From Terriglobia bacterium (GTDB taxonomy: Bacteria; Acidobacteriota; Terriglobia; 20CM-2-55-15): DNA of 64,000 bases. Positions 45,757 to 55,740 of this stretch are shown here, one piece after another; positions within the stretch are counted from its first letter, which is position 1, and every line of letters begins with the position of its first letter. The notes under the pieces were generated by a model. That model made no database searches. It was not told the DNA's origin and saw nothing but the letters and a program-made list of their open reading frames with translations. A program made the position numbers and the translations under genes. The stretch spans positions 350-64,349 of the forward strand of contig DASXLG010000068.1 of NCBI GenBank assembly GCA_036496425.1, written 5' to 3'.

Positions 45757-46107
45757 ATGTCAAAAATCACACTGGTTACATTGGGCGTTAGCGATGTCGC
45801 CCGGTCTGTTGCTTTTTACCGGGAAAAGGCCGGATTTGACCTTCAGGGGCAGATGGAACAGTTTGCGTTCTTCGGCGCGGGTGCCATTAATCTGATGCTG
45901 AAGGGCGGGTTGCGGAGGCCGAATGCCCCGCTCACGGGTGCCATGGAGTTGGTCATCGCGGCGGAAAGCGTCACGGCCAAACATAAGGAACTGACCGACC
46001 GGGGCTGCACGTTTATCAATGAACCGCGGCCGGTTACGGGCGATTCCTGGGCCGCAACGTTTACGGATCCGGACGGGCACTGGCTGACGCTTTTCGGCCC
46101 GAAATAG
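45757..46107 (+). CDS. VOC/glyoxalase-family protein
   Basis: 116 aa. ITLVTLGVSDVARSVAFYREK.GF...FTDPDGHWLTLF. Confidence 0.75.
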   Translation: MSKITLVTLGVSDVARSVAFYREKAGFDLQGQMEQFAFFGAGAINLMLKGGLRRPNAPLTGAMELVIAAESVTAKHKELTDRGCTFINEPRPVTGDSWAATFTDPDGHWLTLFGPK

Positions 46108-46114
46108 GGCATTG

Positions 46115-46283
46115 GGCAAAAACTCGATTTCACGATGGTGTGCGAGCGACCCCCTGCCGCCTTCGGCGGCTCTCCCCCTGTATCAGGGGGAGAGTCTACC
46201 TGTCCCCCTGATACAGGGGGACAGCCCGGCGCAAGCCGGGCAGGGGGTCGCTCACACACCATCGTGAAATCGATGTTTTTGCC
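46115..46283. repeat. 169-bp complex palindrome: ~44-bp outer stem enclosing four small hairpins
   Basis: The outer arms are 46115-46158 and 46239-46283, with 1 mismatch and 1 indel. Inner hairpins: GCCGCC-ttc-GGCGGC, CTCCCCCTG-tat-CAGGGGGAG, GTCCCCCTG-ata-CAGGGGGAC and GCCCGGC-gcaa-GCCGGGC. Confidence 0.85.
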
Positions 46284-46323
46284 GCTTTTGCGCCCGGTCC
46301 CTCTTTGATAAGCTTAGGCGCAA

Positions 46324-48732
46324 ATGAGACTCATAATACGGTCCTTATTTGTCGTGTTGGGGTGTTGTCTCGTTGTGTCAGCCATGCCGCAGCAGGCACC
46401 GGCTTCGTCTTCAGCTGCAGCCGCGGCGGCTGCGCCTTATCGCGCCCTGCTCGATCAGTATTGCGTCACCTGCCATAACGATCGCGCAAAGACCGCCGGT
46501 CTCATGCTCGACAAAATGGACGTCGACCACCCCGGCGTGGGTGCGGAAACCTGGGAAAAAGTCATCCGCAAACTCCGCGGCGGAATGATGCCTCCGCAGG
46601 GCCGTCCCCGGCCTTCCAGTGACGACGTCTACAAGCTGGTCTCATACCTGGAAACGTCCCTCGACCGAGCCGAAGCGAACAAACCCAGTCCCGGCCGGGC
46701 CGCCATCCATCGGCTGAACCGGACCGAGTATGGCAATGCGATCCGCGATCTGCTTGCGCTGGACGTCGACGTCACGGATCTGCTACCGGCAGACGACGAA
46801 AGCAACGGCTTCGACAACATAGCGGATGTCTTGAAGCTTTCGCCCTCTCTGCTCGAACAATATCTGACGGCGTCGCGAAAAATCAGCAGCCTGGCAGTGG
46901 GCGATCCTGCCCAGCCGGCCGTGACTCAGGTTTTCAGAACAGCGCCGGATCTGGCGCAGGATGAACACGTCGAAGGCCTGCCTCTCGGCACGCGGGGCGG
47001 CCTGTTGATCCATCAGAATTTCCCTCTCGACGGGCAGTACGACTTCCGGGTGTTCCTGCTTCGCAATATCGTCGGTTACATGAAGGGCCTGGAGTGGCCG
47101 CACCAGCTCGAGATCACCATCGACGGCGAGCGCGTCTTCATCGCGCCGGTGGGCGGCGAAGACGATAACAAAATGTCGGACGCGAACTTCGCGGCCGCCG
47201 CCGATACGATCGATGCGCGACTGAAAACGCGCATTGCTGTCAAGGCGGGACCGCACAACGTCGGCGTCGCATTTCTGCGCAAGAATTCGGCGGAGTACGA
47301 CGAACCGCTCGAGCCGCACACTCGTGATCATGACCTTCAGAACATGAATGGAACGCCGATCATCGAGCGTGTCGATATGACCGGTCCACTGGAGCCCACA
47401 GGCCCGGGCGATACACCAAGCCGCCGCCGCATCTTCATTTGCCGGCCTGCGACTGCAGCCGCCGCCGCCGAAACGGCGTGCGCGAGAAAAATACTCTCGG
47501 CGCTGGCGCGGCGAGCCTATCGCCAGCCGGTCAGCGATGCCGATGGCGACGTCCTGATGAAGTTCTATGAATTGGGCCGCAGGAATCGAACATTCGAAAG
47601 CGGCATTGAGAACGCTCTGGCGTTCGTTCTGACGGCTCCCAAGTTCCTGTTCCGGACGGAATCCGATCCGCCCAATGCCACGGCAGGCGGGGCCTATCGC
47701 GTCAGCGACATCGAATTGGCATCGCGCCTCTCATTTTTCTTGTGGAGCAGCATTCCAGACGACGAACTTCTGAATGTCGCGAGCCAGGGCAAGCTCAAAG
47801 ACCCGGTAGTCCTGGATCAGCAGGTCAAGCGGATGCTCGCCGATCCGAAATCCAAAGAGCTCGTTCGCAACTTCGCCGGCCAATGGCTTTTTTTGAGAAA
47901 TCTCCAGAGTTCCAAGCCCGACGGTCACGAGTATCCCAACTTCGACGACAATCTGAGGCAGGCTTTCCGCCAGGAAACCGAAATGTTTTTCGACAGCGTC
48001 CTGCGCGAAAATCGGAGCGTTCTCGACCTGCTCAATGCGAATTACACCTTCGTCAACGAGCGGCTTGCGAAGCACTACGGGATTCCGAATGTCTATGGAA
48101 CGCAATTCCGCAGAGTGACCTTGACGGACCAGACGCGAATGGGATTGCTCGGCCAGGGAAGTGTTCTGACGGTCACGTCATATCCAAACCGAACGTCGCC
48201 GGTGCTCCGTGGAAAGTGGATTCTGGAAAACATTCTCGGCACACCGCCGCCACCGCCGCCACCGAATGTCCCGCCTTTGAAGGAAAATGAAGAAGGCACG
48301 AAACCGAAGTCGGTGAGGGAACTGATGGAAGACCATCGCCGGAATCCGGCTTGTGCCGGGTGCCATGCCGTGATGGATCCGCTCGGCTTTTCGCTCGAAA
48401 ATTTCGACGGCGTCGGCGAGTGGCGCACAAAAGATCAGTCGGGACCGATCGATGCGTCAGGCCAGCTGGCCGACGGCACCAAGGTCGAAGGCCCGGTAAC
48501 GCTGCGCCAGGCTTTGATGAAACACCCGGAGCAGTTTGCCGGAACCGTCACGGAAAAAATGATGACGTACGCGCTGGGCCGCGGCCTCGAGTACTACGAC
48601 ATGCCGGTCGTGCGCAGCATCGTGCATGACTCGGCCAAAAACGATTACAGATTGTCTTCGATCATTATCGATATCGTGAAGAGCACTCCATTTCAAATGA
48701 GGAAATCGCAAGCAGCAGCCGAACTCAATTGA
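46324..48732 (+). CDS. DUF1587/DUF1592/DUF1595/DUF1588/DUF1585 multidomain protein with N-terminal CxxCH
   Basis: 802 aa with a signal peptide. YCVTCHNDRAKTAGL is a heme-c motif, and there is a second CAGCHAVMDPLGF. This architecture is typical of the Planctomycetes/Acidobacteria family that pairs with DUF1552. Confidence 0.75.
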   Translation: MRLIIRSLFVVLGCCLVVSAMPQQAPASSSAAAAAAAPYRALLDQYCVTCHNDRAKTAGLMLDKMDVDHPGVGAETWEKVIRKLRGGMMPPQGRPRPSSDDVYKLVSYLETSLDRAEANKPSPGRAAIHRLNRTEYGNAIRDLLALDVDVTDLLPADDESNGFDNIADVLKLSPSLLEQYLTASRKISSLAVGDPAQPAVTQVFRTAPDLAQDEHVEGLPLGTRGGLLIHQNFPLDGQYDFRVFLLRNIVGYMKGLEWPHQLEITIDGERVFIAPVGGEDDNKMSDANFAAAADTIDARLKTRIAVKAGPHNVGVAFLRKNSAEYDEPLEPHTRDHDLQNMNGTPIIERVDMTGPLEPTGPGDTPSRRRIFICRPATAAAAAETACARKILSALARRAYRQPVSDADGDVLMKFYELGRRNRTFESGIENALAFVLTAPKFLFRTESDPPNATAGGAYRVSDIELASRLSFFLWSSIPDDELLNVASQGKLKDPVVLDQQVKRMLADPKSKELVRNFAGQWLFLRNLQSSKPDGHEYPNFDDNLRQAFRQETEMFFDSVLRENRSVLDLLNANYTFVNERLAKHYGIPNVYGTQFRRVTLTDQTRMGLLGQGSVLTVTSYPNRTSPVLRGKWILENILGTPPPPPPPNVPPLKENEEGTKPKSVRELMEDHRRNPACAGCHAVMDPLGFSLENFDGVGEWRTKDQSGPIDASGQLADGTKVEGPVTLRQALMKHPEQFAGTVTEKMMTYALGRGLEYYDMPVVRSIVHDSAKNDYRLSSIIIDIVKSTPFQMRKSQAAAELN

Positions 48733-48736
48733 GGAC

Positions 48737-50068
48737 GTGAATATGTTCATCAGCAAGAGACATCTTTCGCGGCGCACCTTCTTGAAAGGCGCCGGAACCA
48801 CGCTCGCTTTGCCTTTTCTGGAATCGATGATTCCAGCCATGACCGCGCAAGCGGCAACGAACTCCGGGACCCGCCTGGCTTTGGTCTATGTCCCGCACGG
48901 CGCGATCATGGACCGCTGGACCCCCAAAACGGAAGGCGCGGACTTCGAATTCACACCGATCCTGAAACCGCTCGAACCGTACCGGCAGTACGTCAATGTC
49001 GTGAGCGGACTGGGCCATAAGGCCGCGGATTCCACAGCCGTGCATTCACTCAGCCCGACAACGTGGCTGAGCGGTGTTCGTCCGAAGCCGACGCAGGGTC
49101 CGGACGCTTACGCCGGCGTTACGGCGGACCAGATTGCGGCGCAAGCCATCGGCCAGGACACGCAGCTTCCGTCGCTGGAACTCGCTACAGAGGATCATTC
49201 GGGGCTTATCGGTGAGTGCGACCGCGATTACGGTTGCATCTATATGAACACCCTTTCGTGGCGCACTCCGACGACTCCGCTGCCGATGGAAATCAATCCG
49301 CGAAAGGTTTTCGAGCGCATGTTCGGCCAGGGCTCGAACGCCGCGGAACGCCTGACGCGCAAGCAACAGGACCGCAGCATCCTGGACGGTTTCATGCAGC
49401 AGGCCGCAACCCTTCAGAAGAAGCTCGGACCACGCGACCGCGCGACAGTGAACGACTATCTTGAGAGCGTACGGGAAATCGAACGCCGCATCGAAAGAAC
49501 CGGCGTCGAGCAGACGAACACGGATGTCACGGTGCCCGCAGCGCCGGCGGGCATTCCTTATTCGTACGACGACCACGTAAAGCTGATGTACGACCTGCTC
49601 GTTCTTTCGTATCAGGCGAATATCACGCGGGTCATCACTTTTATGGTGGCGCGGGAAATCAGCAACCGTACTTATCCACAGGTCGGCGTGCCCGACGGCC
49701 ATCATGCGATTTCGCACCACCAGAACCGTCCGGAAAAGATGGACAAGAACGTCAAAATCCAGACCTATCACATCGGTTTGTTCGCGCAATTCCTCGAAAG
49801 GATGCGGACCACGCGTGACGGCGACGGTTCGCTGCTCGACCATTCGGTGATCCTCTATGGCAGCAATATGAGCAACAGCAACGCGCATAATCACTTCCCG
49901 CTGCCGAATCTGGTAACGGGCGGCGCATCGGGCCGCCTCAAAGGAAACCGTCATCTGCGCTATCCCGATCACACACCGATGACGAATCTGCTCCTGTCGG
50001 TGCTGGATAAATCCGGTGTCAATATCGAAACGCTCGGCGACAGCACCGGGAAAATGGCGGACCTATGA
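48737..50068 (+). CDS. DUF1552-family Tat-signal protein
   Basis: SRRTFLKGAGTTLALPFLESM is a Tat signal. It lies 4 nt after the DUF1592 gene. Confidence 0.75.
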   Translation: MNMFISKRHLSRRTFLKGAGTTLALPFLESMIPAMTAQAATNSGTRLALVYVPHGAIMDRWTPKTEGADFEFTPILKPLEPYRQYVNVVSGLGHKAADSTAVHSLSPTTWLSGVRPKPTQGPDAYAGVTADQIAAQAIGQDTQLPSLELATEDHSGLIGECDRDYGCIYMNTLSWRTPTTPLPMEINPRKVFERMFGQGSNAAERLTRKQQDRSILDGFMQQAATLQKKLGPRDRATVNDYLESVREIERRIERTGVEQTNTDVTVPAAPAGIPYSYDDHVKLMYDLLVLSYQANITRVITFMVAREISNRTYPQVGVPDGHHAISHHQNRPEKMDKNVKIQTYHIGLFAQFLERMRTTRDGDGSLLDHSVILYGSNMSNSNAHNHFPLPNLVTGGASGRLKGNRHLRYPDHTPMTNLLLSVLDKSGVNIETLGDSTGKMADL

Positions 50069-51459
50069 GCTTCGTCCTCGCCATCGTTCTGGCGTTGCTG
50101 CAACAGAACGCAGCGGTCAACAAAACCGACCTCGACGGCACAACCTCACTACACTATGCCGTGCGAAGCGATGATGCCGCGCTGGTAGACCGCTTGATTC
50201 GAGCGGGAGCCAATGTCAAAGCCGCGAATCGATACGGGATCACGCCGCTCTATCTGGCCTGCGTTAACGGCAATGCGGCGATGATTGAAAAGCTTTTGAA
50301 AGCCGGCGCAGACGCGAACGCCGTCAGCACGGAAGGTGAAACGGCGCTGATGACCGCCTCGCACACAGGTAACGTCGATGCGGTGAAGGTGCTGCTTGCC
50401 CACGGAGCCGACGTCAACGCGAAGGAGAACTGGCATGGCGAAACCGCGCTGATGTGGGCGGTATCGCAAAAGCATGCCGCCGTTGCGCGCGAACTCATCG
50501 CCAAAGGCGCGGACGTCAACGCGCGCTCCACTGTAAACAAGTGGGAGCGGCAGAACTCGGCAGAGCCGCGCGAGAAGTGGCTGCCACTGGGCGGGTTGAG
50601 CGTCCTCGAGTTTGCGGCGCGCCAGGGTTGTGTCGAATGTGTTCCCGTACTGGTGCAAGGCGGCGCCGACGTGAATGCCCCGGATCAGGACGCCATCACT
50701 CCGCTGTTGTCCGCGATTATCAACGGGCATTACGACGTGGCGAACGTATTGCTGGAAAACGGCGCGAACCCGACTCTGGCCGATCGGACCGGCCGGACGC
50801 CGCTTTATTCCGCCGTCGACTTCCACACCATGCCGGCGTCGAATCGGCCATCGCCGAAAGAAATCGACAACGAGACGGGCAGTCTCGATCTCGTCAAGAC
50901 ACTGGTAGCCAAGGGCGCAAACATCAACGTCCAATTGAAACAACAGCAGCCTTACCGGACAAAACTCGATCGCGGCGACGACACGATGCTGACCAGCGGT
51001 ACCACGCCTCTGGTGCGTGCCGCAAAGGCCGGCGATGTAGCGGTCATGAAAATCCTGCTGGCCAAGGGCGCCGACGCCAAGCTCACGACACGGAACGGGA
51101 TCAATCCCCTGATGGCGGCTGCGGGTCTCGGCACGAAAGAAGAGGACACCACCGGCCGCCGCAAAACCCAGGCGGACGCCATCGAAGCGATCAAGTTGTG
51201 TCTCGCTGCCGGCATCGATGTGAATGCCGCTGATAGCCGCGGACAAACCGCTCTCCACGGCGCCGCATTTCAAGGCTTCGACGACGTCGTGCAGTTCCTG
51301 GCGGCGCACGGCGGGAAACTTGACGTCAAGGATCGGCAAGGCAAGACACCGCTGGACTCGGCAAAAGGCCTGGCAGGCGGTGTCGGCTTTGATGGAAGCT
51401 CGAGCCTTCCGCACCCCTCAACTGCCGCATTGATCGAAAAACTGCTCCAGGGGCAATAG
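50065..51459 (+). CDS. ankyrin-repeat protein
   Basis: It has more than 10 tandem G.TPL..A...G......LL..GAD.N repeats. Its start overlaps the DUF1552 stop (ATGA). Confidence 0.85.
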   Translation: MSFVLAIVLALLQQNAAVNKTDLDGTTSLHYAVRSDDAALVDRLIRAGANVKAANRYGITPLYLACVNGNAAMIEKLLKAGADANAVSTEGETALMTASHTGNVDAVKVLLAHGADVNAKENWHGETALMWAVSQKHAAVARELIAKGADVNARSTVNKWERQNSAEPREKWLPLGGLSVLEFAARQGCVECVPVLVQGGADVNAPDQDAITPLLSAIINGHYDVANVLLENGANPTLADRTGRTPLYSAVDFHTMPASNRPSPKEIDNETGSLDLVKTLVAKGANINVQLKQQQPYRTKLDRGDDTMLTSGTTPLVRAAKAGDVAVMKILLAKGADAKLTTRNGINPLMAAAGLGTKEEDTTGRRKTQADAIEAIKLCLAAGIDVNAADSRGQTALHGAAFQGFDDVVQFLAAHGGKLDVKDRQGKTPLDSAKGLAGGVGFDGSSSLPHPSTAALIEKLLQGQ

Positions 51460-51464
51460 CCGGA

Positions 51465-52103
51465 CTAACGGCCGAGCTTGATCGCCTGCAATAGCGACAT
51501 CGTCAGGAAGGGCTCGCCGAGCAACAAAGCGAGACCATGTCCCAGGATTACCGGCGTTAGACTACGCCGGCCCAGCACGAATAAACCGCTAAGCATCAAT
51601 CCATAGATCAGTCCCACAGTGAAACTGATCATGTTGAATCTCCAAATCGAGTGATATAGAGAAAACAGGACACTCGAGGCCAGCACCTGGACCAGTTTCG
51701 AGGAGCCCATTCGCTGCAGTTCGTTCATAACCAGGCCGCGCGTTATGCAGTCTTCCAAAACGGCAACCAGGGCTCCGGCTACAGCCATGAACAGGCGGAA
51801 CAGGCTCATCTCAAGAATGTTTGCGTCCTTGACAAATTGCAGGTAGCCGAACGAGCCAAACGCCCCCCAAAGGACGCCAAGAAGTGTACCGAGGACAATC
51901 GCGAGGGGGCGCGAGGTCTTTCCCCAACCCAGGTCGGCCATCGTCCTATGATTCCGACTCATCCACATGCGGACGATTCCAAACACTACGGATACAGTAA
52001 TCAGGAAAAGACCCATTTCCAAGGCGGCGGCAGACTGGATGTCCCGTGTCTTAACGAGATAGGCGCCGACTGGACCGAAAAGCGGCCCGACAATGAGAAC
52101 CAA
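51465..52103 (-). CDS. CPBP-family intramembrane glutamic endopeptidase
   Basis: Multi-TM. LEDCITRGLVMNEL is the EExxxR-like motif, and FSLYHSIW is the FxxxH motif. Confidence 0.65.
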   Translation of the reverse strand: MVLIVGPLFGPVGAYLVKTRDIQSAAALEMGLFLITVSVVFGIVRMWMSRNHRTMADLGWGKTSRPLAIVLGTLLGVLWGAFGSFGYLQFVKDANILEMSLFRLFMAVAGALVAVLEDCITRGLVMNELQRMGSSKLVQVLASSVLFSLYHSIWRFNMISFTVGLIYGLMLSGLFVLGRRSLTPVILGHGLALLLGEPFLTMSLLQAIKLGR

Positions 52104-52142
52104 CAGGAGGGCGAGAACGAGAAGGAACGAGCGGCTTTCCAG

Positions 52143-52997
52143 CTATTCGCCCTCCATCATGATGTTGACGCTGCCGACGCCGCAGGTGATCTTCAAATCG
52201 AGCTTCGGGCCCATTGAGGTTGTAAAGTCGGCGCTTGCGTATGCTCCGCCCTCGGTCGATTTGAAATTGCCGGGGATGTGCAGTCCGCCTATGCCCTGGC
52301 TGATCCTGATCCGCGTCGGAATGCCCGGCTTTACAACGATGGTGGATTCGCCGACGCCGAGCGAAATATTGGCGTCCATGTCCTGCGTCAGAGGTTCGCC
52401 GTTGAAGCCGAGGTGCACCCTGCCGGTTCCTCCCGACAGCCGGAGCGCGGCGGAGTTCGTGTTTAACAGTCCACTTACACGTATTTCTCCGGAGCCACAT
52501 CGAAATTCCACTTTGTCGGCGCGCTGAGGGTTCGGTGCATCGAAGGTGACTTGCGTTTTTCCGCTGCCGCTCTCGATCAGCGCGCTCGTGAGCGGCAGAC
52601 CGCCAAGAGCCAACTCTCCGCTTACGATCCCTTTGGCGACGTTCAATGAATACGGCCGCGCCGTACCCAATTTCAGGTTCCAGTCGTTCCTGCGATCCGC
52701 GACGATGGGCCCGAGCGGGAGATTGTGAAGTTGCCTCACGACGACCGTGCCGCCTTCGACGTTGATGGCGGGCGCCCATTCCTGAATATCGTAGGTCGCC
52801 GTGCCTTCAACAAGCTTTTCGTTCCCAACGGAAACGATCAACGTACCAATGCCGATTTCCAACCGGAGCTTGATCGGCTCAATCGTCGGGAAATCAGCGG
52901 ATATCGCGTCCGTTCGCGGGTCAATCTGAGTGAAACTGAGGTTTGTCGAGACAACGCGAAGCAAGTTGTCGAGGGATCTGCCAATCTCTTCGAACAC
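52143..52997 (-). CDS. beta-rich hypothetical protein (possible toastrack/DUF4097-like)
   Basis: 284 aa with repetitive beta-strand segments (..V.F...G.G.I.V.G..). The function call is weak. Confidence 0.4.
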   Translation of the reverse strand: MFEEIGRSLDNLLRVVSTNLSFTQIDPRTDAISADFPTIEPIKLRLEIGIGTLIVSVGNEKLVEGTATYDIQEWAPAINVEGGTVVVRQLHNLPLGPIVADRRNDWNLKLGTARPYSLNVAKGIVSGELALGGLPLTSALIESGSGKTQVTFDAPNPQRADKVEFRCGSGEIRVSGLLNTNSAALRLSGGTGRVHLGFNGEPLTQDMDANISLGVGESTIVVKPGIPTRIRISQGIGGLHIPGNFKSTEGGAYASADFTTSMGPKLDLKITCGVGSVNIMMEGE

Positions 52998-53099
52998 TGT
53001 AGTGCCTCCTTGCTACACGCTAGAGCCGAATATAATTGATGTGATGATTTCAGGATAGGTAGGACAAAGACGCATACGCAACAGAAAAGTTGGTTCTCA

Positions 53100-54173
53100 C
53101 TAACCTCTTAATTGCAGGGTTCGAATTCTGTGGTTCTCGCTATCCCCGATGTAAAGCGTATTCCCCTGAATAAACACACCATGCGGCCGGGCGAATTTGC
53201 ACATCAGGGGATCGCCGTCCGGGCCGTCGCCGCGTTGGCCGGTGCCGGCGATCGTCGTGATCGTTCCCTGCTTGAGATCGATTCTGCGGATGACGTGATT
53301 CTCGGTGTCCGCGATATAAAGCATGCCGTCCGAAAACGCCACGCCCTTCGGACCGTTGAGAGGGTTTCCCGGCGCTCCAAATTTCGCATTTAACGCCGGC
53401 CCGCCGTCGCCGGAATAACCCAGTTCGCCGGTGCCCGCAATCCGTTTCAGACGGCGGCGGGCCACATCGATGCTGAATACTTTGTTGCCTTCGCGCAGGA
53501 TGAGATACATCGTGCCGTCGGGCGCGATCTCGATGGAGCGCGGGCCCGCGACAGGCGTGCCGTCGAGCGGCGCCTCATCCGGCGCGTTTCCGCGTTCTCC
53601 GGTGCCCGCGAATGTGCTGATCGTTCCGGCTTTCGGATCGATCCGCCGTACGCGGTTATTCATGATGTCGCAAATGTAGACATTGTCGGCGCGATCGAGC
53701 GCAATACTGTGAGGCTGCGCGAGCTGTGCCTGGTTTGCCGGTCCGCCATCGCCGCTGAATCCGCGCATCCCGGTGCCGGCCGCGGTCGAAATAACTTTCG
53801 ACTTCATGTCGATGTACCGCACGACGTGGTTATCCCGTTCGGCCACGAAGATGTTGCCTTTACTGTCGAAGCGGACCTCATGAGGGGCATTCATCTGCGC
53901 CGCGGCCGCCGGCCCGCCGTCGCCGGAATATCCGGCCTTGCCCGTTCCCGCGATCACCGAAATCGCTTTGGTGCCGAAGTCATAACGCAAGACGCGGTGG
54001 CTGCCAAAATCGGCCCAATAAAGCCCACGGTCCGGACCGATGACCAGTCCGAATGGATTGTTCGCGGGATCATTGGCGCCCATTCCCAGAAGCGTGCTTA
54101 TTCGAGGTTGAGGGCCCTGGGGCCGAAGAAACAGCAGAGCTGCAAACTGCAGAAATTCACGGCGCGTATTCAT
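53100..54173 (-). CDS. NHL-repeat six-bladed beta-propeller protein (Tat/Sec exported)
   Basis: MNTRREFLQFAALLFL, followed by six copies of GTG..G.SGDGGPA..A....P..........N.YI.D..N..VRRID. Confidence 0.8.
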   Translation of the reverse strand: MNTRREFLQFAALLFLRPQGPQPRISTLLGMGANDPANNPFGLVIGPDRGLYWADFGSHRVLRYDFGTKAISVIAGTGKAGYSGDGGPAAAAQMNAPHEVRFDSKGNIFVAERDNHVVRYIDMKSKVISTAAGTGMRGFSGDGGPANQAQLAQPHSIALDRADNVYICDIMNNRVRRIDPKAGTISTFAGTGERGNAPDEAPLDGTPVAGPRSIEIAPDGTMYLILREGNKVFSIDVARRRLKRIAGTGELGYSGDGGPALNAKFGAPGNPLNGPKGVAFSDGMLYIADTENHVIRRIDLKQGTITTIAGTGQRGDGPDGDPLMCKFARPHGVFIQGNTLYIGDSENHRIRTLQLRG

Positions 54174-54207
54174 GCGGGTATTCTATATCTGCTATGGTTA
54201 TGTGTGA

Positions 54208-55731
54208 ATGGAGCAGATCTTACGGGCGATTTTGACGAGCCGGGTTTACGAAGTCGCGCGGGAAACATCACTCGACGCGGCGCCCCGGCTTTCGAAACGG
54301 GTCGGCAACAACGTCTGGCTGAAACGCGAGGACCAGCAGCCGGTATTCAGCTTCAAAATCCGCGGCGCCTATAACCGCATCGCGCGCCTCTCCCAGGCCG
54401 AGCGCGCCGTCGGCGTCATCACAGCGAGCGCCGGAAACCATGCGCAGGGCGTCGCGCTTTCGGCGAAGCATCTCGGGATCCGCGCCGTCATCGTGATGCC
54501 GAAAACGACGCCGGAGATCAAAATCGAGGCGGTTAAGGCCCTCGATGCCGAAGTGGTTCTGGCCGGCGATCACTACTCCGAAGCGCAGGTCCATTGCGAC
54601 CGCCTGGCTGAAGAGACCGGCCTGACTTTCGTGCATCCATTCGACGATCCGTTTGTCATCGCGGGCCAGGGCACCGTCGCGGATGAGATCGTGCGCCAGC
54701 ATCCCCGCGACCTTGCCGCGATCTTTGTGCCGATCGGTGGAGGAGGGCTGATCTCCGGCATCGGCGCTTATGTGAAGTCGGTGGTCCCCGAAGTGAAAGT
54801 GATTGGCGTGGAACCCGTGGATTCCGATGCGATGAGCCGCGCGCTCAGAGCAGGAAAACCCGTCAGCCTGGACAATCCGGGCTTGTTTGCGGATGGCGTG
54901 GCGGTACGCCAGGTGGGCAATCAGACTTTTTCGATCGTCAAGCAGACCGTCGACGAGATCGTCACCGTCAACAATGACGAAATCTGCGCCGCGATCAAAG
55001 ACATTTTCGACGACACCCGAACGATCGTAGAGCCTGCGGGCGCTCTGGCCGTGGCAGGAATGAAATCATATAGCTCGCGCAAGCAAGTCCGCGGCAACGA
55101 CTTTGTCGCACTGCTCAGCGGCGCGAACATGAATTTCGATCGTCTGCGGTTCGTCGCGGAGCGGGCCGAGTTGGGTGAATCGAGGGAAGCGCTCTTTGCG
55201 GTGACGATCCCCGAGAGACCAGGGTCGTTCCGTCAATTCTGCGCAGCGCTGGGACGGCGAGTCATCACAGAGTTCAACTACCGGCTGAACGATCGCCAGC
55301 GCGCCGATGTGTTTGTCGGTGTGAGCGTCGGCAGCCGCGACGATGCAACCCGGTTGAAGACGGAACTCGTCCAGCAGGGTTACGAGACGGCGGACCTCAC
55401 CGACAATGAACTCGCCAAGCTGCACATCCGGTACATGGTCGGCGGCCATGCACTGGGCGTCAAACGAGAGCGGCTTTGCCGTTTCGAATTTCCGGAGCGT
55501 CCCGGCGCTCTGCTGCAATTTCTGGACACGATCGGCGGCAAATGGAACATCAGTCTGTTTCATTACCGCAATCATGGTTCGGACTTTGGCCGCGTTCTGG
55601 CCGCCCTCGAGGTGCCTCCCGATCAGGACGACGCGTTCGACCGGTTCCTTCGCGAGCTCGGCTACCGGTTCCAGATCGAGGACGCCAATGATGCCTACAG
55701 CCGATTCCTCGAGCCGACCGTCGAACGCTGA
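54208..55731 (+). CDS. ilvA: biosynthetic threonine ammonia-lyase
   Basis: PVFSFKIRGAYN is the PLP-lysine motif. At 507 aa it includes the duplicated C-terminal regulatory (ACT-like) domains. Confidence 0.9.
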   Translation: MEQILRAILTSRVYEVARETSLDAAPRLSKRVGNNVWLKREDQQPVFSFKIRGAYNRIARLSQAERAVGVITASAGNHAQGVALSAKHLGIRAVIVMPKTTPEIKIEAVKALDAEVVLAGDHYSEAQVHCDRLAEETGLTFVHPFDDPFVIAGQGTVADEIVRQHPRDLAAIFVPIGGGGLISGIGAYVKSVVPEVKVIGVEPVDSDAMSRALRAGKPVSLDNPGLFADGVAVRQVGNQTFSIVKQTVDEIVTVNNDEICAAIKDIFDDTRTIVEPAGALAVAGMKSYSSRKQVRGNDFVALLSGANMNFDRLRFVAERAELGESREALFAVTIPERPGSFRQFCAALGRRVITEFNYRLNDRQRADVFVGVSVGSRDDATRLKTELVQQGYETADLTDNELAKLHIRYMVGGHALGVKRERLCRFEFPERPGALLQFLDTIGGKWNISLFHYRNHGSDFGRVLAALEVPPDQDDAFDRFLRELGYRFQIEDANDAYSRFLEPTVER

Positions 55732-55740
55732 AGCCCGGAT

